From a virus, in the IMG/VR virus record IMGVR_UViG_3300037400_002706, positions 1 through 28,281 of that record: 28,281 nt of DNA. One strand, 5' to 3'. Below, piece by piece: positions 1 through 8,074 of this stretch (positions are counted from its first letter, which is position 1; every line of letters starts with the position of its first letter). A program made the position numbers and the translations under genes. The notes under the pieces are model-generated. The model made no database searches. It was given only the letters and a program-made list of their open reading frames with translations, and was not told the DNA's origin.

Positions 1-127
1 TGGACCCCATCTCCCGCCTGGCGCGACGCTGCGCCTACCACTCCACCCCGGCCCTGCGAGAGAGGCTGGCCGAGGATACGCTGCGCCTGGCCATGGCCGC
101 CGCCGTGGCGCTGGCGCGGACGCGACG
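1..127. repeat. Terminal overlap, identical to 28155-28281 (circular-assembly signature)
   Basis: Read directly: tggaccccatctcccgcctggcg...ctggcgcggacgcgacg is present at both ends, 127/127 identical. An ORF is continuous across the join. Confidence 0.95.
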
Positions 128-341
128 GCTGCGATGGTGCGACGTGGACTGCGCCGCGACCGACGCCGCCGCATGGTGCATGGGGGATGGGCTGCGGCGA
201 TACGATCCGGCGCTCTGCGCCTGGGCCACCTATGTCTCAGCCGCCTGCCGACGCGAGGCCGGGCGCATCCGCGACGACGAGGCCAGGATGGCCGAGGTCA
301 GGCGGAGACTGGCGAGGGGGGATGGGCCTCCCCCCCTATAG
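3..341 (+). CDS. 3' part of the junction-spanning ORF (starts at 28142; about 117 aa on the circle). Small Arg/Ala-rich protein, possible sigma-region-2-like late activator.
   Basis: The frame of the 93..341 track ORF is the same frame as the ATG at 28142 once the 127-bp overlap is collapsed. It sits immediately upstream of terS, where late activators are often found. The segment GLRRYDPALCAWATYVSAACRREAGR loosely resembles sigma region 2. Confidence 0.5.
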   Translation, partial: DPISRLARRCAYHSTPALRERLAEDTLRLAMAAAVALARTRRLRWCDVDCAATDAAAWCMGDGLRRYDPALCAWATYVSAACRREAGRIRDDEARMAEVRRRLARGDGPPPL

Positions 342-481
342 GTTCTTTTTCGCACCTCCGGGATTTTTTCGAGGTGTGCCCCGCCCCCGTTTTTTCTGTA
401 TAAAGAGAATTTTTGTAAATGGTTAATAAAAACATGCTTAGACAAAAACAGAAACAACCTGCAAAGCAGGTTGACCTCCTG
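342..481 (+). promoter_or_regulatory. AT-richer intergenic/leader region upstream of terS; candidate late promoter and/or cos/pac region
   Basis: Hairpin cacctc-N11-gaggtg, T-runs, hairpin cctgc-aaa-gcagg. No function is demonstrable from sequence alone. Confidence 0.3.
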
Positions 482-934
482 CGGATGCGCGTTTCCGGCT
501 CGGAGCTGGCGCGGCTGCTCGGCGTCACGCCGGCCGCCATAACGCAAGGGACTGACCAGGGACGGTTCCGGCGCGACGCGCTGGGGCGCTACACGCTCGG
601 CACCAATGTCCCGGCCTACTGCCAGGCGCTGCGCGAGGCGCAGTCCCGGCGCGAGGAGGGCGACCATCGTGCGGAGCTGGACTACTGGCGAGCCAGGAAG
701 CTCCAGCAGGATGTGCTGGAGGGACGCCAGGAAATCGCCGACCAGATAACCTCCACCATCCTCAACCGCCTCCGCCAGGCGTGCGATCGTCTGCGCCAGG
801 CGTGCGCATCCCACCCCGACGCCGCCGACGCGGTGAGGGCGCTCGCCGACGAGCTGGAGGCGCAGGGCGCGGTGGCGGTGGACGCGGCGGAAAACACGGA
901 ACCAGACAAAGAGGAGACCAATGACAGAGATTAA
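419..934 (+). CDS. terS: Terminase small subunit, Nu1-like (N-terminal HTH plus coiled coil); true start may be the ATG at 482
   Basis: MRVSGSELARLLGVTPAAITQGTDQGRF matches the Nu1-type N-terminal HTH layout. A charged coiled-coil tail follows. The gene is located just upstream of the GpA-type TerL. Confidence 0.7.
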   Translation: MVNKNMLRQKQKQPAKQVDLLRMRVSGSELARLLGVTPAAITQGTDQGRFRRDALGRYTLGTNVPAYCQALREAQSRREEGDHRAELDYWRARKLQQDVLEGRQEIADQITSTILNRLRQACDRLRQACASHPDAADAVRALADELEAQGAVAVDAAENTEPDKEETNDRD

Positions 935-1816
935 CTTCCATCTGGGCGACTGCATGGACTTCATGCGAAGCAAGCCCGACAACTACTACGACCTGGCGGT
1001 CGTGGACCCGCCCTACGGCGGGGGAGGCTCTGGCGACAGCCCTTTTCCGGCGGCGCAAGCCGCTTCGGAGGGCTGTTTAACCGCTACGGCGCAGCCGAAT
1101 GGCGAAATACCCCCCCCGAAGCGAAACCCGATGCGGACGAAAGGGAGGTTCGCAAAATACGAGCGACGGGAATTACCCCCCCCGGATCGACTGCGCGAGA
1201 ACCGGCGGGACCTGGGCGGCCAAATACTCCCGGAAGTCTGCTTCGGAGCCGGACAAGCGGATGGGCGGCGAACTACAGAATTACCCCCCCGCAGGACGGC
1301 GAGGCGCAATCCGCCTCAAGCAACATCGAGTTCTGGGACTTCGCTCCCCCGCAGGAATACTTCGACGAGCTTTTCCGGGTGTCGAGGAACCAGATTATCT
1401 GGGGCGGCAACTACTTCTCCCTGCCACCGACCCGATGCTTCCTGGTGTGGCGCAAGCTGACCATCGCGGAGACATTCACCATGGCGATGTGCGAATACGC
1501 CTGGACCAGCTTCAACGCCAACGCCAAGCTCTTCGAGTGCGCACCGCAGGGCAACGCCAGGGAGAAGCGATTCCACCCGACGCAGAAGCCCGTGAAGCTC
1601 TACACCTGGTGCCTCGGCCTCTTCGCCAAGCCCGGCGACCGGCTGCTTGACACACATGGCGGCTCAATGAGTTCCGCCGTCGCCGCGTGGCAGTTGGGGT
1701 TTGACATGGACATTTGCGAAATCAACGAGTTCTACCTCAATGAGGGTAAACGGCGCGTCGAAAGGGAGATGCGCCAGCCGACACTCAATTTCCAGGATCC
1801 GCCGTCCGATGATTGA
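921..1816 (+). CDS. DNA methyltransferase (beta-class N6A/N4C type, DPPY ... HPTQKP ... LDTHGGS) with interrupted reading frame
   Basis: N-terminus MTEINFHLGDC...DLAVVDPPYGG lies in the frame of 921. The C-terminus RVSRNQIIWGGNYF...EYAWTSF...FHPTQKPVKLY...LLDTHGGSMSS lies in the frame of 1379. I translated that second frame and it is open back to 935. The two frames meet at the G5 tract 1020-1024. Confidence 0.8.
1104..1290 (+). repeat. Four in-phase copies of AAWTAC followed by C8 (1110-1117), C8 (1176-1183), CTCCC (1227-1231) and C7 (1284-1290)
   Basis: gaaatacccccccc, gaattacccccccc, caaatactccc, gaattaccccccc. The TAC triplets lie at 1108, 1174, 1225 and 1282, so all spacings are multiples of 3. 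Confidence 0.9.
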
Positions 1817-3680
1817 CCTCCGCGCATTCTCCGCCGCCCAGACCTCCCGCGACGACATCGCCGCCTGGGACTGCGCCGCCCGCATGGTCCGCGCGTGCGC
1901 CCCTCCCCGGCGCGAACCCATCGTGGAGTGGTGCGAGCGGACCGTGGACATGAGCTACGACCTCACCGCCCACTGCTCTGGGCCGCTGCGCCTGTATCCC
2001 TACCAGCGCGAGCCGCTGGCGGCCACCGAGGACCCTGCGGTGCGCCAGATCTCGCTCATGTGGTCGCCGCGCTTGGGGAAATCGACGGTCTGGAAAATGT
2101 CGCTGCTTAAGCGCCTGCACGACGGCGGGCTGGCGGGCCTCATCGTGTATCCGTCGCTCGACCTGGGGCGCAAGACCAACCACGACACGGTGGAACCGCT
2201 GCTGCGCAGCGTGCCGAGCCTCCGCGCCGATTTGCGGCGGCGCGGGGCCATAACAAAGGACGCCTACCGCCTCCCCAGCGCCCGGAGCATTGTGTACTAC
2301 CTGGGCGGCGGCGCGCAGATCGTGAGCTACACGGCGGGCTGGGGCGTGCTGGACGAGTGCGACCAGGTGGACGTGGGCAACGAGGGCGAGGAGGGGGAAA
2401 ACATCGACCAGCTCCACGCACTGCGGCTGCGGATGCAGACCTATCCCGACCGGCTGCTCATCGCCTGCTCCAGCCCCACCACCCGGCACGGCGTGATCTA
2501 CGGCGCGTGGCGGCAGGGATCGCGGCACGTGTGGCATCTGCGGTGCCAGGGCTGCGGTGCCCTGCACCCGACCTCGCAGCTGGCGTGGCCGCTTCCGGAT
2601 GGCTCCTACGCGGGGCTGCAGTGGGTCAAGGGCGACGGCGGGCAGATCATCCCCGACAGCATCCGATGGATCTGCCCGACCTGCGGGCGGGCGCACACGG
2701 AGGACGAGGCTCCGGCCATGTCCACCTCCGGCTGCTACGTGCCGCAGTGCGAGCCCGGCGAGCACCTCAGCTACCAGGCGGGCGCGCTGGCCAATCCGTG
2801 GCTGTGGCCGTGGATGCAGGTGGCGCAGGCGCAGGAGGACGCGGTGGACACCAAGGGACGCAAGTACCTAGCCAACAACATCCTGGGGAGGCCATACGAG
2901 CCGCGCCAGGCGGCGGACACGCTCACGCAGAGCATCCCCGACGTGCTGGCGTCGCGCCAGGCGGACCCGCCCTCCGACATCCGCGCCCGGCTCGCGTGCG
3001 TGACGATGGGCATCGACCAGCAGGCCAGCGGGCTGGGGGCGCAGCACTACTACGTGTGGGCGGCGCGCGGCTGGGACGAGCAGGGCAACTCGTGGAGCCT
3101 GGGCCACGGCATGGCGCAGAGCCTCCGCGAGCTCGACGCCGCGCTCGACGCGGACTACTGCGGGCAGCGCGTGCTGCTGGCGCTCATCGACCAGGGCGGG
3201 TTCGGGGACAACGCGACCCGCACGGACCCCTGGGTGGCCGCGCGGCGGAACGTATGCTACTACAAGGGCGGCGACGCTCGGACCATCGGGCTGCGTGCCG
3301 GGCAGGCGTGGCGCATGAGCGACACCCAGCGCTATCTCGTGCTGGCGTCCGCGCTCCACTACCAGGCGCAACTGCTCGACCTCATCTACGGTCCGCCGCG
3401 TCCGGTCGGGTACGAGTGGCACCTGCCCACCGCGCCCGACCCCGCGTACGCCTCGCAGCTGGCCGCCATGCGCCCCAACCTCCGGATGCGCGACGGGCGG
3501 GGCGCGGCATTCGCAGCGTGGAGCCCCGGCAGCGAGCGCCACGACTATTTCGACACCGAGAAAATGGCGCTGGCGGCGGTGGACGTGGCCGCCGCGATGG
3601 TGCGCCCGGAGCTATGGCCGCACGGCAGGCTCCCCGCCTACATCGTCGCCGCCGCCATCCGCGACGCCCGCCGGGCGTGA
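1809..3680 (+). CDS. terL: Terminase large subunit, lambda GpA family
   Basis: YPYQREPL, SPRLGKST (Walker A-like), VLDECDQV (Walker B-like) and a CQGCG...CPTCG zinc-ribbon pair. The ATG at 1809 overlaps the methylase stop. The order Nu1-A-W-portal matches lambda. Confidence 0.85.
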   Translation: MIDLRAFSAAQTSRDDIAAWDCAARMVRACAPPRREPIVEWCERTVDMSYDLTAHCSGPLRLYPYQREPLAATEDPAVRQISLMWSPRLGKSTVWKMSLLKRLHDGGLAGLIVYPSLDLGRKTNHDTVEPLLRSVPSLRADLRRRGAITKDAYRLPSARSIVYYLGGGAQIVSYTAGWGVLDECDQVDVGNEGEEGENIDQLHALRLRMQTYPDRLLIACSSPTTRHGVIYGAWRQGSRHVWHLRCQGCGALHPTSQLAWPLPDGSYAGLQWVKGDGGQIIPDSIRWICPTCGRAHTEDEAPAMSTSGCYVPQCEPGEHLSYQAGALANPWLWPWMQVAQAQEDAVDTKGRKYLANNILGRPYEPRQAADTLTQSIPDVLASRQADPPSDIRARLACVTMGIDQQASGLGAQHYYVWAARGWDEQGNSWSLGHGMAQSLRELDAALDADYCGQRVLLALIDQGGFGDNATRTDPWVAARRNVCYYKGGDARTIGLRAGQAWRMSDTQRYLVLASALHYQAQLLDLIYGPPRPVGYEWHLPTAPDPAYASQLAAMRPNLRMRDGRGAAFAAWSPGSERHDYFDTEKMALAAVDVAAAMVRPELWPHGRLPAYIVAAAIRDARRA

Positions 3681-3780
3681 GATAGCGACAAATGTTGCAA
3701 ACATTGCTTTGGAGACTACATATATATATAACTGCCTATCAAATAATTATTTGTGACAAATAAACCGATATACGGGTGAA
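3681..3780. promoter_or_regulatory. 100-bp AT-rich island between terL and the gpW-like gene, with palindromes and a TA repeat
   Basis: Hairpin aatgtt-gca-aacatt (3691-3705), (AT)5 run 3720-3730, perfect 14-bp palindrome caaataattatttg (3740-3753). Confidence 0.4.
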
Positions 3781-4023
3781 ATGTTGACACCCGCCGCCCA
3801 ATCCCTGATCCTGCAGTCCCTCCTGCGCCGCCGCGCCGCCATCCAGCAGCAGCTGGAGGCGGCGCTGGCGCAGCCTGGCTCGTACTCCATCCAGGGCAGC
3901 TACAGCGAGACCGCCCGCGCGGTCTCGGACTACCGCGACCAGATCGAGCGCCTGGACGCGCAGATCCGAGCCCTCGCCGCCGGACAGGGCGACCTGACCT
4001 ACAACTACCCGACCCAGATATGA
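3781..4023 (+). CDS. gpW-like head-tail joining protein
   Basis: 80-aa protein lying between a GpA-type TerL and the portal, as for lambda W. ATGA overlap with the portal start. Confidence 0.55.
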   Translation: MLTPAAQSLILQSLLRRRAAIQQQLEAALAQPGSYSIQGSYSETARAVSDYRDQIERLDAQIRALAAGQGDLTYNYPTQI

Positions 4024-5609
4024 GCAGCATCCTGCGCACCATCCGCACCTGGCTCCGTGGCGGGCGCTCCGACGCCGCCGCGACCGCCTACCGCATCCGC
4101 GCGGCGCAGGCGTGCTATACCGCGCTGGAGCAGGACGCCCATCGCAAGCTGCCGGAGTACCGCAGCGGGCGCACCGAGACACAGCAGGTGATGCCCAGCT
4201 ACCGCCGACTGCTGGGCTATCGCTTCGGCGACCGCGCCTACGACAACGAGATCCCCGGCGCCATCGTAGATACCACCATCCGCCTCACCATCGGCGCGCG
4301 TGGCGGCCGCCCGTATTTCACCGGCGACAACGCGGACGAGCTGCAGCGCCGGTGGGACCGCTGGGCGGCGCACTGCGGCCACCAGGAGGACGAGGCATGG
4401 CCGGAGATGCTGGGCATCGCGCTCCGCGCCGCGAAAACCCACGGGGACTGCCTGGCGCTCATCCACCCCGACCTCACCGGCGGCAAATTGCGCCTGTGGG
4501 ACGCCGACCAGATCGTGGACCATGCTGATTTTCCTGGATGGTGCGCGGCGCGCGGCTGGCACGCGGCGATGGGCGAGATGGACTACGGCTATCGGCAGGT
4601 GGCCGGAGCCGTGACCGACCCGGAGGGCCGCGTGGTCGGGTATTTCGTCACCTGCCTGCGGCAGCAGGCCAGCGCGTCGGGCGACGCGATAACGTTTCTT
4701 CCTGCCTCGCTCTGCCGCCGCATCTCCACACGGCTCAAAATCTCGCAGTATCGCGGCGAGTCCGCCATGCTCCCCCTGGAGGAGCTTACCCACTCCACCA
4801 CCTCGCTGATCAAGTCGGAGGTGGCCGCAGCCAACAATTTTTCGCAGTTGTCGTTTCTGATCATTCGGCCGCCTGGAGGCGGCGACATGCAGTCCGCCAC
4901 CATCGAGGGCGCAATCGACCCGGAAACCGGGATGGTGCGAGACGACGTGGCGGCCATGCTCCCGGGCGGCTCCAACGACCCGCGCGAGCTCATCCGCCAG
5001 ACCGTGCAGGGTCCGCCTGAGATGACGCAGATCGAGGGCAAGTCCGCGTATGGCTCGCTCCCCTACGGCAGCGAGGTGCGCGAGCTGCGCAACTCCGACC
5101 GCCCGTCCACCTCCATCCAGGCATGGCTCGACCGCGCCGCCGACCTCTCCGGCCAGCGGCTCGGCGTGCAGTCCTGCCTGGCGCGCGGACGCAACGACGC
5201 CAGCTACTCCGCCGGGCAGCTGGAGCTCGCCATCTCCTGGGCGAAAATCCAGGAGGACCAGGCGATGCTGGAGCGCCAGCTCATCGACTACGCCGTGGGC
5301 GTGATCTGCCCGGAGGCGACCGACTGGGAGGTGCAGTGGCCGGCCATGATCGACATCGACCCGGCCCGCACCCAGGCCGCCGCAGACGCGGCCATCCGTG
5401 GCGGGCGCGAGACCTACCAGCAGCAGGTCGGGCCCGAGTGGCGCGGGAGGCTCCGCGCCATGAAGCAGGTCCTGGACTACTGCCGCGAGATCGGGCTGGA
5501 CCCGTCCGCGCTGTCCTGGCACGGCGAGACCGGTGCGGGGAACGCCCGCCCGCCCGAGGAGCAAAACGCAACCACGCCGCAGGAGGCGGCGCAACCTACC
5601 GATGGCTAA
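4020..5609 (+). CDS. Portal protein (lambda gpB-like)
   Basis: 529 aa, positioned after terL/W and before the prohead protease. The size is close to that of lambda B. Confidence 0.8.
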   Translation: MSSILRTIRTWLRGGRSDAAATAYRIRAAQACYTALEQDAHRKLPEYRSGRTETQQVMPSYRRLLGYRFGDRAYDNEIPGAIVDTTIRLTIGARGGRPYFTGDNADELQRRWDRWAAHCGHQEDEAWPEMLGIALRAAKTHGDCLALIHPDLTGGKLRLWDADQIVDHADFPGWCAARGWHAAMGEMDYGYRQVAGAVTDPEGRVVGYFVTCLRQQASASGDAITFLPASLCRRISTRLKISQYRGESAMLPLEELTHSTTSLIKSEVAAANNFSQLSFLIIRPPGGGDMQSATIEGAIDPETGMVRDDVAAMLPGGSNDPRELIRQTVQGPPEMTQIEGKSAYGSLPYGSEVRELRNSDRPSTSIQAWLDRAADLSGQRLGVQSCLARGRNDASYSAGQLELAISWAKIQEDQAMLERQLIDYAVGVICPEATDWEVQWPAMIDIDPARTQAAADAAIRGGRETYQQQVGPEWRGRLRAMKQVLDYCREIGLDPSALSWHGETGAGNARPPEEQNATTPQEAAQPTDG

Positions 5610-6690
5610 CCTCATCCGCATCTCCGGCCCCATCTACGGTGGCACCGCCCCTAACGCGCTGCCGGACAGCTGCTGCTACGCCGGGAACGCCGCAGCGCGC
5701 ATCCGCGCCGCCGCCGGCGACATCGAACTGATGATCAACTCGCCCGGCGGCGAGCTGGAGGGGCTGGGCGACATCGTGGCCGCGCTGCACGACTGGCGCA
5801 CGGCCAATCCCGACGCGCAGTGCGTCGCCACCGTCACAGCGCTGGCCGCCTCGGCGGCGGCTTATCTGCTGCTGATGCTGCCGCGCGGCGCCCGCGTCCG
5901 CGCCTATCCGCTGGCGATGCTCATGTATCACAGCTCCGCATCCATCGCGTGCGGCGGATCAGGCGCGATGCGCGACGCCGCGCACTACCTGGAGCAGCTG
6001 GACACCGTGCTGCGCTCCTACCTGGAGCGTACCGCCGTGCCGGGCAATCTCATCGACGAGTGGCTGTCCGAGGGACGCCAGGGCTGGCTCAATGCCCAGG
6101 AGGCGCAGGCGTACGGCATCGTGGACGAGATCGTGGAGGGCGACGCGGAGCTGCCCGCCATGCCCGCCGATAACGGGCTCCGCGCAGTGGCTGTATTTTA
6201 CCCCAACCACCAAACCAACAAGGAGTTAAGAGAAATGGCTGAATCCATCCAGAAGGCCAAGGCCGAGGAAAAGGAAATCGAGAAGACGGAGGTCGTGACC
6301 GACGACGACGGCCAGAAGCAGGTCGTCGAAACCGAGACCGAGACCGAGACCGTCGAGGAGCCCGTGGCGGATTGCAACAAGCCCGCCGCCGAGGGAACCG
6401 ACCTCTCCGAGGTGGTCGCCGCCCTCACCGCCCGCGTCGAGGAACTGGAAAAGGCGCTGGAGGCCGCCCAGGCCGCCCAGGCCAAGGCATCCGCATCCCT
6501 CGCCGCCCTCTCCGGCGGACTGCGCGGCGCCGCCGCTCCCCAGGCCAAGGCGCCTGAGCCGAAGTCCTGGAACGAGGCGCTGGCCGCCTACCGCCGCGAG
6601 CATCCGGACATGGCCGCAGACGACGCGTTCTGCGCGTGCGCCCGGCTCCACCGCGACCTCTGGCGCGCGACCATCACCCCCGTCCGCTGA
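5602..6690 (+). CDS. Prohead protease (ClpP/S49-type, INSPGG motif) fused to a C-terminal scaffold-like coiled coil
   Basis: MANLIRISGPI...ELMINSPGGELEGLGDIVAAL...ALAASAAAYLLL has the ClpP/SppA fold signature. The C-terminal half is acidic, Ala-rich and coiled-coil-like. The ATG at 5602 overlaps the portal end. Confidence 0.8.
   Translation: MANLIRISGPIYGGTAPNALPDSCCYAGNAAARIRAAAGDIELMINSPGGELEGLGDIVAALHDWRTANPDAQCVATVTALAASAAAYLLLMLPRGARVRAYPLAMLMYHSSASIACGGSGAMRDAAHYLEQLDTVLRSYLERTAVPGNLIDEWLSEGRQGWLNAQEAQAYGIVDEIVEGDAELPAMPADNGLRAVAVFYPNHQTNKELREMAESIQKAKAEEKEIEKTEVVTDDDGQKQVVETETETETVEEPVADCNKPAAEGTDLSEVVAALTARVEELEKALEAAQAAQAKASASLAALSGGLRGAAAPQAKAPEPKSWNEALAAYRREHPDMAADDAFCACARLHRDLWRATITPVR
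6235..6690 (+). CDS. Candidate nested scaffold protein (in-frame internal start, lambda C/Nu3-like arrangement)
   Basis: The in-frame ATG at 6235 is preceded by aaggag and by the same 14-mer leader aaccaccaaaccaa (6205-6218) that precedes the capsid gene (6702-6715). Confidence 0.45.
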   Translation: MAESIQKAKAEEKEIEKTEVVTDDDGQKQVVETETETETVEEPVADCNKPAAEGTDLSEVVAALTARVEELEKALEAAQAAQAKASASLAALSGGLRGAAAPQAKAPEPKSWNEALAAYRREHPDMAADDAFCACARLHRDLWRATITPVR

Positions 6691-6730
6691 TGATTTGTCC
6701 TAACCACCAAACCAAAAGGAACTTGCAATA

Positions 6731-7636
6731 ATGGCAGAAATCCGCAACGACCTCCGCGACGCGCCCTACAGCGCCCCCGAACTCACCCACGAGCGCCTGG
6801 CTCCCACCCTGGTCCGCTACCAGGAGGCCGGAACCCTGTGGTACCAGCCCTACGCGCAGGATGTGGCCGCGCAGACCACCCGCGCCGCCCTGGGCACCGT
6901 GACCGCCAACACCCAGGGCGCGGCGTCCACTCCCTACGCCTGCGGCGAAATCCTGGACCGCCAGCAGATGAGCTACGACGCCATCCGGCAGTCCTACCGC
7001 GACGAGCTGCGCGCCGACCTCGCCATGGCCCGCCTCGGCAAGCGCGCCGTCGACGACCAGATCGAGCTTGCGATGGCCAACGCCCTGCTGGCCAACCCGA
7101 CCGACCTCTCCGCCTCCACCAACCTCCCTGGCGATGTCGAGGACCTCGCCTGGGGCCTCATCGACCGCGCCCCCGGCTCGCGCTGCGTGCTGACCATCTC
7201 CGGGCGCATCTTCACGGCCCTCAAGGCCAACACCCAGATCAGCGACCGCATGAAAAACATCGGCATCGCGATCGGCGAGGGCGGCGACCCGCGCCGCGTG
7301 ACCGCCGCGCAGATGGCCGCCGTGCTGGGCGTGGACGAGGTCATCGTCGCGCCCAACCGCGTGTGGGTGACTATGGTCTCCGCCGGTACGCTCGGCGCGA
7401 CCGGCGCCAAATGCGGCGTGCTCTCCATGCTGCCTGACGGCGCCCTCCAGCCCAACGAGGAGGTGCAGCTGGGCCGCGTGATCTCCTACCAGTACGGTGA
7501 GACCGACTCGTTCCCGTTCGAGGTCACGTCCTGGGACGACGACCGCTACCTCGGCCGCGTCATCGACACCAAGACCAAGGCGCAGTTCGTCCTGCTCAAC
7601 GCCGCGCTCAAGCAGGCCGTGCAGCTCGTCGCCTAG
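6731..7636 (+). CDS. Major capsid protein (by position and size)
   Basis: 301 aa, directly after the protease-scaffold gene, with a strong CA-rich leader and a hairpin cluster downstream. Confidence 0.7.
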   Translation: MAEIRNDLRDAPYSAPELTHERLAPTLVRYQEAGTLWYQPYAQDVAAQTTRAALGTVTANTQGAASTPYACGEILDRQQMSYDAIRQSYRDELRADLAMARLGKRAVDDQIELAMANALLANPTDLSASTNLPGDVEDLAWGLIDRAPGSRCVLTISGRIFTALKANTQISDRMKNIGIAIGEGGDPRRVTAAQMAAVLGVDEVIVAPNRVWVTMVSAGTLGATGAKCGVLSMLPDGALQPNEEVQLGRVISYQYGETDSFPFEVTSWDDDRYLGRVIDTKTKAQFVLLNAALKQAVQLVA

Positions 7637-7643
7637 ACAGGTT

Positions 7644-7726
7644 GCCGCGCGGGTTTTTCTCATTGTTTTCCCCGCGCGGCCTCCGCCGCAGGCGGTTAGT
7701 CTCCTGCCGCTTGCGGCGTTTTTTCC
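7644..7726 (+). terminator. Hairpin cluster ending in a T-run after the capsid gene
   Basis: gccgcgcggg-N17-cccgcgcggc (7644-7680), then ccgcc-gca-ggcgg (7683-7695), then gccg-cttg-cggc followed by gtttttt (7706-7726). Confidence 0.55.
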
Positions 7727-7735
7727 CTTTCCCAC

Positions 7736-8074
7736 ATGCCCGGCTCCACACCGTCCAAGTTCGATTTCTTGCGCAGCCGCGCGGCCACGCTGCTCACGCA
7801 GCGCGGCCTCGCCTCGACCGTGGCGTGGGCGGGCGCGTCGCTGTCCGGTACGCGCACGGTGCTGCGGCGCCAGGATGCCGCGACCCTCGCCGCGCAGACC
7901 GCCACCTACACCGTGTCGGTGCTGATCCCCCGCTCCGAGCTGGGCAAGGTCGCATCCCTGCCGCGACCGCTCCGCGACCGCGTGACGATGGACGGCACGC
8001 GCTACCTGGTGCTGGCGTGCGAGCGCGACGTGGCGGACAATCTCCGCATCCACCTGGGAGAGGAGTATGCCTAG
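7736..8074 (+). CDS. Head-tail connector / head completion protein (by position)
   Basis: 112-aa ORF and the first gene after the capsid terminator region. Its size and position are typical of head-tail adaptors. Confidence 0.4.
   Translation: MPGSTPSKFDFLRSRAATLLTQRGLASTVAWAGASLSGTRTVLRRQDAATLAAQTATYTVSVLIPRSELGKVASLPRPLRDRVTMDGTRYLVLACERDVADNLRIHLGEEYA

Noticed and set aside
1-127. Terminal repeat considered as a biological direct terminal repeat or LTR of a mobile element.
   Set aside because: A continuous ORF crosses the join, and the exact length of 127 is typical of k-mer overlap in circular assemblies. A cos-type (GpA) terminase also argues against long DTRs.
2357-3685. 442-aa alternative-frame plus-strand ORF inside terL. 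Similar same-strand out-of-frame ORFs: 7642..8613, 15502..16476 (5' part), 22757..23197, 23718..24566.
   Set aside because: These are Arg/Pro/Gly-rich shadow frames with no motifs. The overlapping frame carries the terminase or other recognisable signatures.
4005-5633. 542-aa ORF on the minus strand, antisense to the portal gene. Similar long antisense ORFs: 1785..2765, 6674..8176, 7794..9191, 9962..11062, 13532..14488, 14670..16085, 18695..19687, 22485..23576, 26098..27066.
   Set aside because: Their compositions are Arg/Gly/Pro/Ala-rich and low-complexity, as expected for stop-poor antisense frames of very GC-rich genes. Each is fully covered by a plus-strand gene with recognisable motifs and coupling signals.
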